NCBI GenBank assembly: GCA_013265495.1
Contig: MU063891.1
Coordinates: 3,184,960 to 3,248,959 of the forward strand
DNA length: 64,000 nucleotides
Direction: 5' to 3'
From: Vicugna vicugna
Lineage: Eukaryota
In this document: positions 11,740 through 22,099 of the stretch, in pieces
Position numbering within the stretch: the first letter of the stretch is position 1
Layout of the letters: every line of letters begins with the position of its first letter
Notes under the pieces: generated by a model
Seen by the model: only the letters and a program-made list of their open reading frames with translations
What the model was told of the DNA's origin: nothing
Databases searched by the model: none
Program-made: the position numbers and the translations under genes

Positions 11740-12402
11740 GGCCTCCGTCGTGGGGCCTCCTTTTCTGCCGCGTCGCCGAGGCCAGTCCCGCGGCTTCAAG
11801 AGAGCCAGTGACCCGGCCGCGCGGGCGGGCGGGCGACCCGGCACTTGCCGGGATGGGGCGGCCAGCACTGGCCCTCACTCTCTCCGAAGGCCAGATCGGC
11901 TCCAAGCCCAGGCTGGGATCCCCGACTGGCGCCCCGGCGGGAGTCAGAACCCGTCAGGCGCCCTTGGCTCAGGGCACCTTTTGGAGGGCCAGCGACCACC
12001 ACCGGGAGAAGCCCGCGGCAGTGCCCCAGGTGGTCCACACGCGGCCTCTCCATCCACGCGGGGCGTCCGGGGCCGAGGCACCCGCGGCCACTACTTCCTG
12101 GCCACGGGTGTGGCCGCTGGCGAAGCTAGTTCTCACGACTCCCCTGGGAAGCAAGGTGGCTGCCAGAGCCCCCCGGGCCAGGCTGAGGGGTGGGCATGAA
12201 ACGCAACCCAAACCTGCCCAGGAAGCCCGAGGAGGGAGGTGTTTCTGAAAGTCTGGGGTCTGCAGTGTGACCAGCAGAATTACCTTGGGTTCCCGGGAGG
12301 GCATCAAGAACCCGATTCTCGCTGGGTCAAGGCAGTTACTCTCTATGGATCTAAGGTTTTAAAGCTTACATTTGCAAAGAAAATCGCCCGCCCGCGCGCG
12401 CG

Positions 12403-12420
<18 letters not shown>
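11740..12420. promoter_or_regulatory. CpG island, upstream of BARX1
   Basis: High GC and dense CpG; no recognisable transposons. Confidence 0.75.

Positions 12421-12437
<17 letters not shown>
12393..12437. repeat. Compound microsatellite (CG)9(CA)13
   Basis: Read directly from the sequence. Confidence 0.98.
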
Positions 12438-13239
12438 TAGCTGCAAAACAAAAATAAAGCAACTATTTCCAAAGGAACAAATTTGTAAATTACTTGGAGA
12501 GGGAGAATTTGAAGGGGAGAGGGAGGGATGTGTCTCAAGGCGCAGTCTCAAAACGCGCTTTGAACCCGGAGTTCACAGGTGTTTGAAATGATACAAAACG
12601 AAAAGTCCACACAAGACTTCAAAAAGTTCATAAAGGAAGGTGGCAGAGAGACCCACTTCTCCAACGAGAAAGTGGCTGTGCAGTCACCAGGAGAGCTGAC
12701 CTGCAAGACTGAAGACCGGGTAATTTTATAACCTCGAGATTTTCTGTTTTGAAGGCAAGATAGATGTCGCCAGTTTCAGTTCCAGACACTATGAGCAAGA
12801 ACCGGGGCATGAGCCTCCGGCCAGACAATGCGTTCCTGGTAGGGTGCAGGTGGTCTCCTCCTGGCATTGCCCACCAAGACCAAGCCAGCGCGCCCGCCTG
12901 AGAGCCACTGCCACCAGTGCCAGCCTGCCCTGGGCCGGGGACAATCAAAAGCAACCACTCACAGAAAGAAGCGAGTGGAGGATGACCTTCTCGGTGCTGA
13001 CAGACCTATGCTCGGCACAGGGCGTGGGGCACAGGGCCACAAGGAGGGGACCAGAGACCACGAAGCCCATCAGGTGAGGGGTAGGGGGGTGGAGGGTGGG
13101 GAGGGAGGTGTGGGACTTCCCTGAGGCTGGGCCGTTGCTCCTGGAGGTGAGCTGACAAGTCCAGAAGAAACCGCCCCTTGGTTCTCGTCCCCTACTCTGT
13201 GTTTCCGAGCAGGATGCAAACCCGCGACAACTAGGGGAC

Positions 13240-14120
13240 TAACAGAAAAGGGCCGCGCGGTTGGGTGGGGGCTGGAGGGGCAGCTGGGCCCAGAACACCC
13301 CAGGTATTGCAGATGCTGACCGCCGACATTGTCCAGGCCTGCTCATACCCAGACTCAGCATCCCCATCTGTACAATGGTTCGGGACCCCTTCGCCGATCG
13401 GCTCCGGGAACGAACACGGGAGGCGCCAGGGGAGGAGGAGGGCTCGGCTTGGTCAGGGGGAGATCTGGGACCTACATGCCTGGGCTGAGGGGGTTCGGTT
13501 AAGGAGGGAGGTAACCCTCTCCCCAGGGTTGCCCTCCAACGCGGCTGTGGGGTCCGAGGAGCAGAGCGGAGGTGGGGAGGGGGGCCCACCCGGCGTCGGG
13601 GCGGCGCCGAGACCCCCCTGCCGCCCGAAGCCCCTCGCCGCCCGGCTGCCGGTGAGGGAGGCTGGCCGCGGGCGCTGAGGTCACCTTTTCCACTGCGCCC
13701 GCCGCGAGCGGACGGTTTCCGGGATTTTCGCGGCAGCGGCGGCGGCGGCGGCGGCGGCGGGAGGCCCGGGCTGGGTCTCAGGAGTCGGCCCCGCGGCTGC
13801 GCCCCTGGGGTCGGGGCGGCGGAGGAGCCCGGGAGGCGCCTCCGCCCAGGGGGCCTCCCTTCCCTGGGCCTCTGTTCCCGATCGGGAGGGGGGAACCCCA
13901 CTCTCCGGGAATCCTTTGCGGGCCAGCAACGCTGCGGTTCCCGAGCTGAGGAGGCCTTGAGGCTGCAGTTGGTGCGCATGTTTTCGCCTAAAACGGGTTT
14001 ATCTGCAGGTCTGCTTCGGGATCACGCCAGCCGCAGACCACTCGGGAGCGGGGAGATCAGAGGCCTAGCCACCGAGGGGAGGGCCTGGAGAAGTGACAGG
14101 GGCCCCGGGGTCTCTCAGCC
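13240..14120. promoter_or_regulatory. CpG island, upstream of BARX1
   Basis: Very GC- and CpG-rich; contains GC boxes and a CGG repeat. Confidence 0.8.
13731..13760. repeat. Trinucleotide repeat CGG-CAG-(CGG)8
   Basis: Read directly from the sequence. Confidence 0.97.
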
Positions 14121-14732
14121 CTTCGGGCCAGCCAAGGTTTCCAATGCTCCGGCACACAGGGCATTCCTCAAAAGAGCCCTGGGGCTTCATTCTCAGCGGC
14201 TGCCATCGCTCGGACCTCAGCCGAGGCTGAGGCTGGGAAGGAGCCCAGGGAGCTGGGAGGGAGCACCCTGCCACCTCACCACCCGTGAAACGCGGTGGGG
14301 ACTGGACGGCACTGGTCTTCTCCCCCGCCCCCCGAATCTAAAGGTGGGGCCTCGATCCTGAAAAAAGCTCTCAACCCCTAAACCTGACCCAGGACTGGGG
14401 GCCAAGTGGGTTTGGTGAGCGCTGATCTCACCCTTGAGCGTGATCCTCAAGTCCTTTGATCTGGGTCCTGAGCTCCCATCTGGAGAACCTGAGACTCTCA
14501 GGGAGGCAATTGCCTAGAGTAGGGATGGTTCGAAGTCAAGTGGCTTCAGTCAGGGACCCAAATAGGAGCTGAAGGGATGGAGTGGGGGTGGCTGGGTCTA
14601 ACCCTCACAGACTGCCCCTAGGCTGGGTTCTTGTGAAGAGGAGGAGGAGTGGGGTGGGGGGGAGGAGGCCGGTGGGCCCTACTTGGTGAAGGGAGATGAG
14701 AGAAAATGGGCCCCATTAGAGAACAAACCCTG

Positions 14733-14774
14733 CTTACTGTGGTCCCCGGGCCACTTACTGTGGTCCCTGGGCCA
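14733..14774. repeat. 21-bp tandem duplication (cttactgtggtccc[c/t]gggcca x2)
   Basis: Two adjacent copies with one mismatch. Confidence 0.95.
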
Positions 14775-16717
14775 CTTAATTTTCTCTTGCTGGGCCTCAG
14801 ATTCACCATCTGAGGAAGTAGGTGGTTGGATTGGGTGACACCCAAAATTCCATCTAGGGAGGGGTTCCCTTTGCCTATAAGTGGGGAGGGGTCCCAGCTG
14901 GACAGCTCAGGGCTCCAGGAGACACTGGCTTTTCTCTCTTTGGCTGGTGGCTGCTGGGCCAACCAGGTGGCACAGCCCATCTCCTGCCTCTCCTTAGCTC
15001 ACTGGGAGAGAGGCCTGCCTTGTGTGGGACACCACCACTCTTAGTGGGTCCCACTCTGTCCCCTTCTGAGGAGCCATATGACTCACAAGATCACCCACAG
15101 ATGGAGCACCTAGAGGCCACCTTTCAGCCCTGATGGTGGCTAGGAGGCTCAGGAAGGGGCAACCATGCCTGAAGTCACTCAACAGCTAGGGAGAGAGGCT
15201 CTAAGAGCCTCTGGTAAGACATTCTCTTTGTCCCTATGGACAAAGTCTTGGCTATCTCCTAGTCTACACGGGGTCTGGGGCAGGTGCCACGGTCTCACCA
15301 CAAGCAGCTGGGGAAGCTGCATCATCTTGAGGCAGGGCAGGGTCATGGGTATGTTAGCCCTGTTTCCCAGAGGTGACAATCAAGGCCCCATGCAGAGCTC
15401 ACATGGGAAGGAGTAGCCCAGAACTCCCAATGAAGGACTCCAAGGGGCAAGAGGAGAGGAGCAGGCACTCTCCCCAGTCTCCCCAGGGTAGGGGTGCCCT
15501 ATCCACCACCACTGATACCCCACCCTCCTTGCTTGGACAAACTATTACACCTCTCCCTGACAGAGCCTGTGGGGCCCACGGGGACAGGACCCCCATTAAG
15601 TCCTCACAGCTTCCCTGGAGCCAAGTGTCAGCATCTTCTCAGGACAAATCAGGAGGCTGAGGTCCAGAATGGGGCAGTGGCTTGCCTTGAGTGGCAGGGT
15701 CAAAGAGATAAACTCAGTGGAGAGTTGAGCTTTGAGATTCTTCACCCAACGACTTGGACTTGGACTTCCTCAGTGATGAAAAGAAGGAGCTAGCAAAGTC
15801 TCTGGCCTTCCTCAATTACTTTGGGGACTTTAAGGCTCAGAGAGGAGGAAGGTCACACCAGAGTTCATCCCCAGAATCCCAGGGCACCCTGTGGCCCCTC
15901 ACTCAGCTCCATCCAGTACTGGTTTTCTCTAATGCTCCAGAACTGGGAGAAGGCAAAGCTGCAGCCTTTCCTTATACTAGCATCCATCTCTTCCTCTAAC
16001 TAGGCGAACACCCCACAGCATCCAGGGTTGTGTGGATGTGTTCACATATCACTTGGCAATTTAAGCCAATTCTGGCTGGAGAACATTTGCCTCTCAGGGC
16101 AGTTCAGAAGAAATGAGGCCGTGCCTGGTAAACTGAGGCTGGAGTGCACAGGTGCGGCCACTGCTCTGCGAATTGCACCCAGGCGCCGCTGCACTTCTGC
16201 CTGGCGGGCCGCCCTGCATCGTGGCCCGGAGGCTGCGCACCGCTACCCCTTTCCCGGCCGAGTTTCGCGGCCTCTGCCTCTCCTCCTCCCATTCTCCCCT
16301 TCCCAGGCCGCTCGCCTTGCTAGCTGTCCCATCTCTTTCTTTACTGCCCCCTCTCTCGGTCCTGTGAGCCTCTGTGCTCTCCGGCACGTCACGGCCCGCT
16401 GGCTCCCGCGCCTCTGTCGGTCGCTCTCTGCGCACGTCTCGGCGTCCCTGGCATCCTCACGTCACTGTCTCGCATCTTGTGTGGCCCTCGCTGTCTCGCT
16501 CTAGACCCTCTCTCACCTCTCTCTGGATCCCTCAGCTCCCATCCCTGGGGGTCTTGTCTCCCGCGCTCCTCGGCTCGATCCTTCTTGGGCGTGTGCTCCG
16601 CTGGGTCTCCCTCGGTCTCGGTCGGTCGGCCCCTCTCCCGGCCCCCTCCCTCCTGCCACCCTTCCATCTCTGGCCCTCCCTCGGGCTCGGCCTGGGGGGT
16701 GGGGGGCGGCGACGCGG

Positions 16718-16891
16718 NNNNNNNNNNNNNNNNNNNNNNNNNNNNNNNNNNNNNNNNNNNNNNNNNNNNNNNNNNNNNNNNNNNNNNNNNNNNNNNNNNN
16801 NNNNNNNNNNNNNNNNNNNNNNNNNNNNNNNNNNNNNNNNNNNNNNNNNNNNNNNNNNNNNNNNNNNNNNNNNNNNNNNNNNNNNNNNNNN
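16718..16891. other. Assembly gap covering the BARX1 5' UTR and start codon
   Basis: 174 N directly before the codons for RFGPPEG. Confidence 1.
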
Positions 16892-17085
16892 GCGCTTCGG
16901 GCCGCCCGAGGGCTGTGCCGACCACCGGCCACACCGCTACCGCAGCTTCATGATCGAGGAAATCCTCACTGAGCCTCCGGGGCCCAAGGGCGCCGCTCCT
17001 GCCGCCGCCGCCGCCGCCGCGGGCGAGCTGCTCAAGTTCGGCGTGCAGGCGCTGCTGGCGGCGCGGCCCTTCCACAGCCACCTGG
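16892..17085 (+). CDS. BARX1: BARX homeobox 1, coding exon 1 (visible part; the first ~10 codons are in the gap, ATG predicted near 16863)
   Basis: Translates [64 protein letters not shown], matching the BARX1 N-terminus with eh1 motif FMIEEIL and poly-Ala; donor G|GTACGT at 17085/17086, phase 1. Confidence 0.96.
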
Positions 17086-18790
17086 GTACGTGCGGGGCCG
17101 GGGGCCGCGGGGCGCTGGCCGGGCTCGGCGGGAGGAGGCGAGCCTCGGCGTCTCCAAAACGCAGCTTCTGGCGCGCAGGCCCGGGGCCGGTCCCTCGGCG
17201 CGCTCCCGGCCGGGAAGCAGAGGGGGCAGGCGCCCGGCCGCGCAGAAACAAGGCCTCGTGCCCGTGGGCCAGGCCGGCCGGGAGGGCGTTCGCTCTCTCC
17301 TTCACTGAGACCCTGCGGCTTCCAGTCCCGAGGAGTCCAGGCCCGGGGCCCCGAGCCCGCATCCCCATCGCGGGCGCTGGACCAGACTGCTAATGTCAGA
17401 CTTCGGGTCAAAGCGACCTCAGGCCGCGGGCGCCTGGGCCTTCGCCGCAGAGGGCTGGCTGGGAGTGGCCGCGGCTGCCCAAGCCGGGGAAGCCGGACCT
17501 TTGGGAAGGAGGCCCGTGTCTCCGAGTGCTGTGCTGGGGACTGACGCTGGCCCGGGCCAGCCCGGAGCCTCCCAGAGCCCAGGGTCTTAGGCTGGCAACG
17601 AACTGCCCTGTGCTGTAGCGCCGATCCCCTTGGGCCTTGCCTGGGGACAAGAGGCCTGGTTGTGAGCTGCTGCCCGACTGGCCCTTCCGCGCCAGGTCAG
17701 CTGTGCCGTGGCAGAGCTTGAGCCGGCAGCTCAGGCTTTTTCTGCACCTTTTGATTCTCTTCTTTGCTGACCCGCCGTGCCCTCTTCACTGCACCCCTTC
17801 TTCTGGATTTCCCTGTCTCTTTTACAACCGTCAGTCGGCATCTCTCAGTAGGGTGGGTCTGTTCTTCCTCTCCCACCTTTCCCCAAGGATCCCTTCTTCC
17901 CTCTGGGCCCTCTCCTCATCTTGACTCTCGCATCTTACCCAGGCCCTCCCGGACTGCAGCGGGGTTAGCACCCACCCCGTAGTGAGATGACTATCCGGGC
18001 AGGGAGGACTGCTGTGTTCTAGCTAGCCCAGCAAGCTGACTCCCTCCACATCCCATGACCGTCCAGCCAGTGCTCCGCCTGTCTAGGGGGCAGCAGGACC
18101 AGTTTGTTCGTTTTAAGTCCAGTTTCCGCTGCCTTTTGCCTCCAGCTGCAGTGTTAATTCGTTTGAAGCGGGCAAAAAAATATCATTTAGGACTAGTGAA
18201 AATGAAAACGTTTTCGTGGGGGAAACGTAGAAACAGAGAAAACAGGAGGAACAAATTTCTCAATTCTTGGGGTGCTTTGTAATCTCTGGGAAACACCCAC
18301 CTTCACCCCTGCTGACAACCGGCTGCCTGCCCCCTGGGGAGGCTGTTGTGCCCTGCACAGAAGAGCACATGCTCTTTCTCTTTATTTATTATTTTTTTTT
18401 CTGAACGCAGCAAAGCCGATTTAGTTGGGGCAAACGCTCGTCTTCCTAACGCTGTCTTTCTTTCTTTCTTTTTCTTGGTTTCCCTTTTCCGTGAAACATA
18501 CTCTGTGCGTTTGGGAGCTGCGACCTTGTTCATTGAGAATTCTTTAATCTCAGAGGCGGCTGGTGCCTGGGGAATGCCAGGCATAGTCCGGGTTGGGGAG
18601 GTCCCCCTCCCAGACTCTGGGGACCCTGGCGTCGAAAAGGGTCAGCCTAGGTGCCTGGAACAAATCTTTCACTTATCGGCCAGCGCGAAGTTTTTGTGCT
18701 GGGTGGCACTGGCCGGGGCGCATGGTGCGAGGATCTCCAGGAGTAGGAGCACGGCCCGAGCTCACCCGGCTCCCCACTCTCTCCCCGCAG

Positions 18791-19082
18791 CCGTGTTGAA
18801 AGCCGAGCAGGCGGCAGTGTTTAAGTTCCCGCTGGCGCCGCTGGGCTGCTCCGGGCTGGGCTCGGCGCTGCTTGCCGCGGGGCCTGGGCTGCCCGGCGCT
18901 GCGGGCACACCGCACCTGCCGCTCGAGCTGCAGCTCCGCGGGAAGCTGGAGGCACCAGGCGCAGGGGAGCCGGGCACTAAGGCCAAGAAGGGGCGTCGGA
19001 GCCGCACCGTGTTCACCGAGTTGCAGCTGATGGGCCTAGAGAAACGCTTCGAGAAGCAGAAGTACCTCTCCACGCCCGACAG
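18791..19082 (+). CDS. BARX1: BARX1 coding exon 2 (includes the N-terminal half of the homeodomain)
   Basis: Acceptor ctctccccgcag|; (A)[19 protein letters not shown]...[30 protein letters not shown](R); donor AG|GTAGCA; 292 nt, phases 1/2. Confidence 0.98.
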
Positions 19083-19164
19083 GTAGCACGGGGCCAGGCT
19101 GAGCCCAGCGGGTGGTGGGAAGGGTGCTGCTTGCCCTGATGAGGGTGCATCCCGCTCTTTCCAG

Positions 19165-19249
19165 AATAGATCTCGCCGAGTCCCTGGGTCTGAGCCAGTT
19201 GCAGGTGAAGACTTGGTACCAGAATCGAAGGATGAAGTGGAAGAAAATA
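19165..19249 (+). CDS. BARX1: BARX1 coding exon 3 (homeodomain helices 2-3)
   Basis: Acceptor gctctttccag|; [28 protein letters not shown] with the Bar-class T47/Y49; donor ATA|GTGAGT; 85 nt, phases 2/0. Confidence 0.98.
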
Positions 19250-19658
19250 GTGAGTGTGCCCGTGGCTTTCCGCGCCCTCTGTTTGCCGCCATGCTTCTGT
19301 AGCCTTCAAGAGCTGCTCTCCTCTCCACCGTGGAGACCTCTGCCCAACCGTCCCGGTTTCCTCGGTGCCTGGTGCCCAGAGGGACCCTCTCTGTTCTCTG
19401 TCCCTCTGGGTGTCCTAGCCCAGTCCGCATTCCTTCGTGCTCCCAGAACCCCTAGGACTCCAGGAAGCCTCGAACCCCTCTGCTGAACCCTCTTGTCGCT
19501 TTCATGCCCAGGAGAGCTCAAATGGTCGCCATTTCCCCGGGGCTGGGAGCGGCCTCAAATGGCCTCGTTGGGCTCTTCAAGGCCCCTGCCTGGGCACAGG
19601 GTGCGGGGTTCCCCGGCCCTGCCCCAGCTCACTGCGGTGCCGCTGGTCTCCTGCGCAG

Positions 19659-19823
19659 GTGCTGCAGGGCGGCGGCCTGGAGTCTCCCACCAAGCCCAAA
19701 GGGAGGCCAAAGAAGAACTCCATCCCCACGAGCGAGCAGCTCACGGAGCAGGAGCGCGCCAAGGAGGCAGAGAAGCCGGCAGAGGCGCCGGGCGAGGCGG
19801 GCGATAGGAGCCAGGAGGACTGA
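19659..19823 (+). CDS. BARX1: BARX1 coding exon 4, to the stop codon
   Basis: Acceptor tctcctgcgcag|; [54 protein letters not shown]; TGA 19821-19823; the spliced frame is intact and consistent with a 254-aa protein. Confidence 0.98.
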   Translation: MLQGGGLESPTKPKGRPKKNSIPTSEQLTEQERAKEAEKPAEAPGEAGDRSQED

Positions 19824-20312
19824 GCGCGGCAGAGGGTGCGGGCCCAGGAACACCCGGCGCAACCCGCCGGAAGCCGCGAGTCGCCCTTCCGAGTCCACGA
19901 CGTTTGCTTTCTAAACTTATCACCTTGAATGCGGACAGCTAGGGGCCAGACAAGGAAGGACAAACCCTGAAGCGAAACCCAGGCCCCAGCGCGCTCGCGG
20001 GCCCTCGCCGGGAGACTCACACCCCGCGCAGCGGGAGGCCGCCTCCGCCCGGAGCTCCGCGGCGCCAGGCGCCCCGTGCGCACTCACGCCCCGCTTCCCT
20101 CCTGCACCCCCACTCGCCTCCGGCCGGCCCTCCGGGCCGGGACGTCTCCAGGCACACGCCCGCTTCCGCTCGTCGGGGACCCCCTCGGCCCGGCGCAGGC
20201 CACCTCGGCCGGAGATGGTGTCCGGACAACCTGGCGGCTCGGCCCTGAGGCCCGGTCCCCGACGTCGCTGGGGCCCCTACCCCTCTCTTACGAAGACGGT
20301 GATTTTTTTTCC

Positions 20313-20318
20313 AATAAA
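20313..20318 (+). terminator. BARX1: BARX1 polyadenylation signal AATAAA (3' UTR about 19824-20340)
   Basis: First AATAAA after the stop codon, in a U-rich context, ~490 nt downstream. Confidence 0.85.
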
Positions 20319-22099
20319 ATATTTTATGACACAGCGGGCCTTGATGAGGGGGTTTCTGAATCCGCGAGGTGGGAGGGAGGAGGGGCGAGGTAAGAGGGAC
20401 ACTCGCAGTGGCTTTTGAAACATCCTTTCCCAGGGCTATGTGGATGAGAGCGGTGACCTGCTCCACCCGGACCGGGCTAGGCACGCAGGCAGCTCGGATG
20501 CTGCAGGATCCTAGGAACCGCTTTCTCTATGGGCTTGTGGGGCAAGGCTGTACCCTCTCCCCTTCCTTCTCAGCCCAGGGCGCTTCGGAGTGCAGCAGCC
20601 GGCCTACCCAGGGGTCGTCCAAAGGAGCAGAAGCCCCAGGCCACCGAGGGGCTCACTCCGGAAGTTGCCGGGAGCTGAGAGCTGCCTCCGATTGCTGTTT
20701 GGGTCCCCTGGGACTTGAAGGACTAATTTCGAGTTGCTTGAGATGGTCAGGCCCAGCCTTCCTGAGGCCAAGGGGAAGCCAAGGACTGGAGGTTCGCACA
20801 CAGGCCCACCACCATCATCAGCCCCGCCTGCAGCGGCTCCTGCCTCCCGGAGTTTTCACGTTTTCCGCGGGATACACAGGGCAGAGGCGCCTGGCAGCAG
20901 AGTATGGTTCCGGGCAGTGGGGGCACCAGACCGAGGCAGAGTGCAAAGGATTTCGAACTCTTCAAGTTCAGGCAGGGTGCCCTTTCCAGGGGCGCGGCCT
21001 GATGGCACGTGCTTGCCAGCCGCCCTGCCCACGGGTAAGGCATCAGCTGCTTTCCCTCGGGTCTCAGCTGGGTGGGAGCCCTCAAGTAGGTTCGTGTCTT
21101 TGTGCTTTCTAGGATGACGACTAGGTGCGGGGTTGGAGAAATGGCCACTCTGCTTGTTAAATCTAGGGGAGAGACAGAAACTTGGCCCTGCAGAGTTCCA
21201 GAGAGAGTCAAGATTCCAAACCAGTTCCTTGCAGGTCCAAATAGGAGGGAGAGAGAGTCAGGAACACTATGCTCAGATACAGGCTTCGCGTTTTAAATTG
21301 TGAAAACAACCGTTATGGTCTCCACCTGCAGTGGCTGATGGTTTCCTTTTTAAATCACTGCTTGATCATCCTTTCCTGAAACATACGCTTGGGTTTCTGG
21401 TACCTGAGCATCCCAGACTTTGGTTTAAGGCTGGGAGGAGTGAGAAAGGGAGTGTTTTCTTAGGGAGCAGGTGATTTTCCGCAAGCCCCAACCCTGCCAA
21501 GTCTTTGGGAAGTCAACTTCCTTTCTAGGCTCTTAACTCAACCTTGCAAACAGCTCCCAGACTCATCCTTGCCAGTGTCCCCTAAGGAGCCCCAGAAACC
21601 TGCAGGACCCTGGCCAGAGGGAAGGAATGGACCTTCAGTGTGTGACTGCGCCTCCTGATTCCTTCCAGCCCTCAGGGTACCCCCAGTTCTGCTCAATGTA
21701 GCGATCTAGCTGTAATTTTCCTGTATCAGGCCCAGGCTAGCCAAGTCAGGTACACTACTGAATTTAATCCTCTTCACCTCAAAGGGGGCAGGCATGGGAG
21801 TGAAAATTCGAGTTCTGTCCCTGGTGGGTCTGGGGGACAGAGATTCCAGATACAGCCTTTGTCAGCAGTGCAGAGCTGTAGAAGGGAGATGGAGGAGGGG
21901 TGGGGGAGAGGAGGAGTTCTGACCTTCACTTCTCCAGTCCCTTCTGGGTCTTCAGGTTTTATTAAGTCTGAGGAATGAGAGAGACCTCAGGCAGATTGCC
22001 TGGTGGTTCTACGGTGTTTCCCCAAGGCAGCTCCCTCACTGGACTGGAGGAAAGGACTGTAAGGGACTGGGGCTGTAATAGGGAGGGAGGGCCTCCGGC

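Larger units (their letters stand above)
16100..17700. promoter_or_regulatory. BARX1 promoter / exon 1 CpG island
   Basis: CpG-dense region spanning the first exon; CCAAT at 16066-16070; TSS not directly visible. Confidence 0.8.
18700..20500. promoter_or_regulatory. Intragenic / 3' CpG island over BARX1 exons 2-4 and the 3' UTR
   Basis: CpG-dense coding and UTR sequence. Confidence 0.7.

Noticed and set aside
13239-13979. 246-aa and poly-Ala/poly-Pro ORFs in the CpG island
   Set aside because: Composition simply reflects GC content and the CGG repeat; no homology recognised.
16054-16070. NFI site TTGGC...GCCAA upstream of BARX1
   Set aside because: The spacer is 7 nt, whereas NFI requires 5. 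Only the CCAAT box was kept.
16389-17411. 340-aa antisense ORF over BARX1 exon 1
   Set aside because: Shadow frame of GC-rich coding DNA, and it spans an N gap.
18346-19086. 246-aa ORF as an alternative BARX1 N-terminus
   Set aside because: It is intron 1 sequence read into exon 2, with a GTG start, and it stops at the intron 2 donor (AGG TAG).
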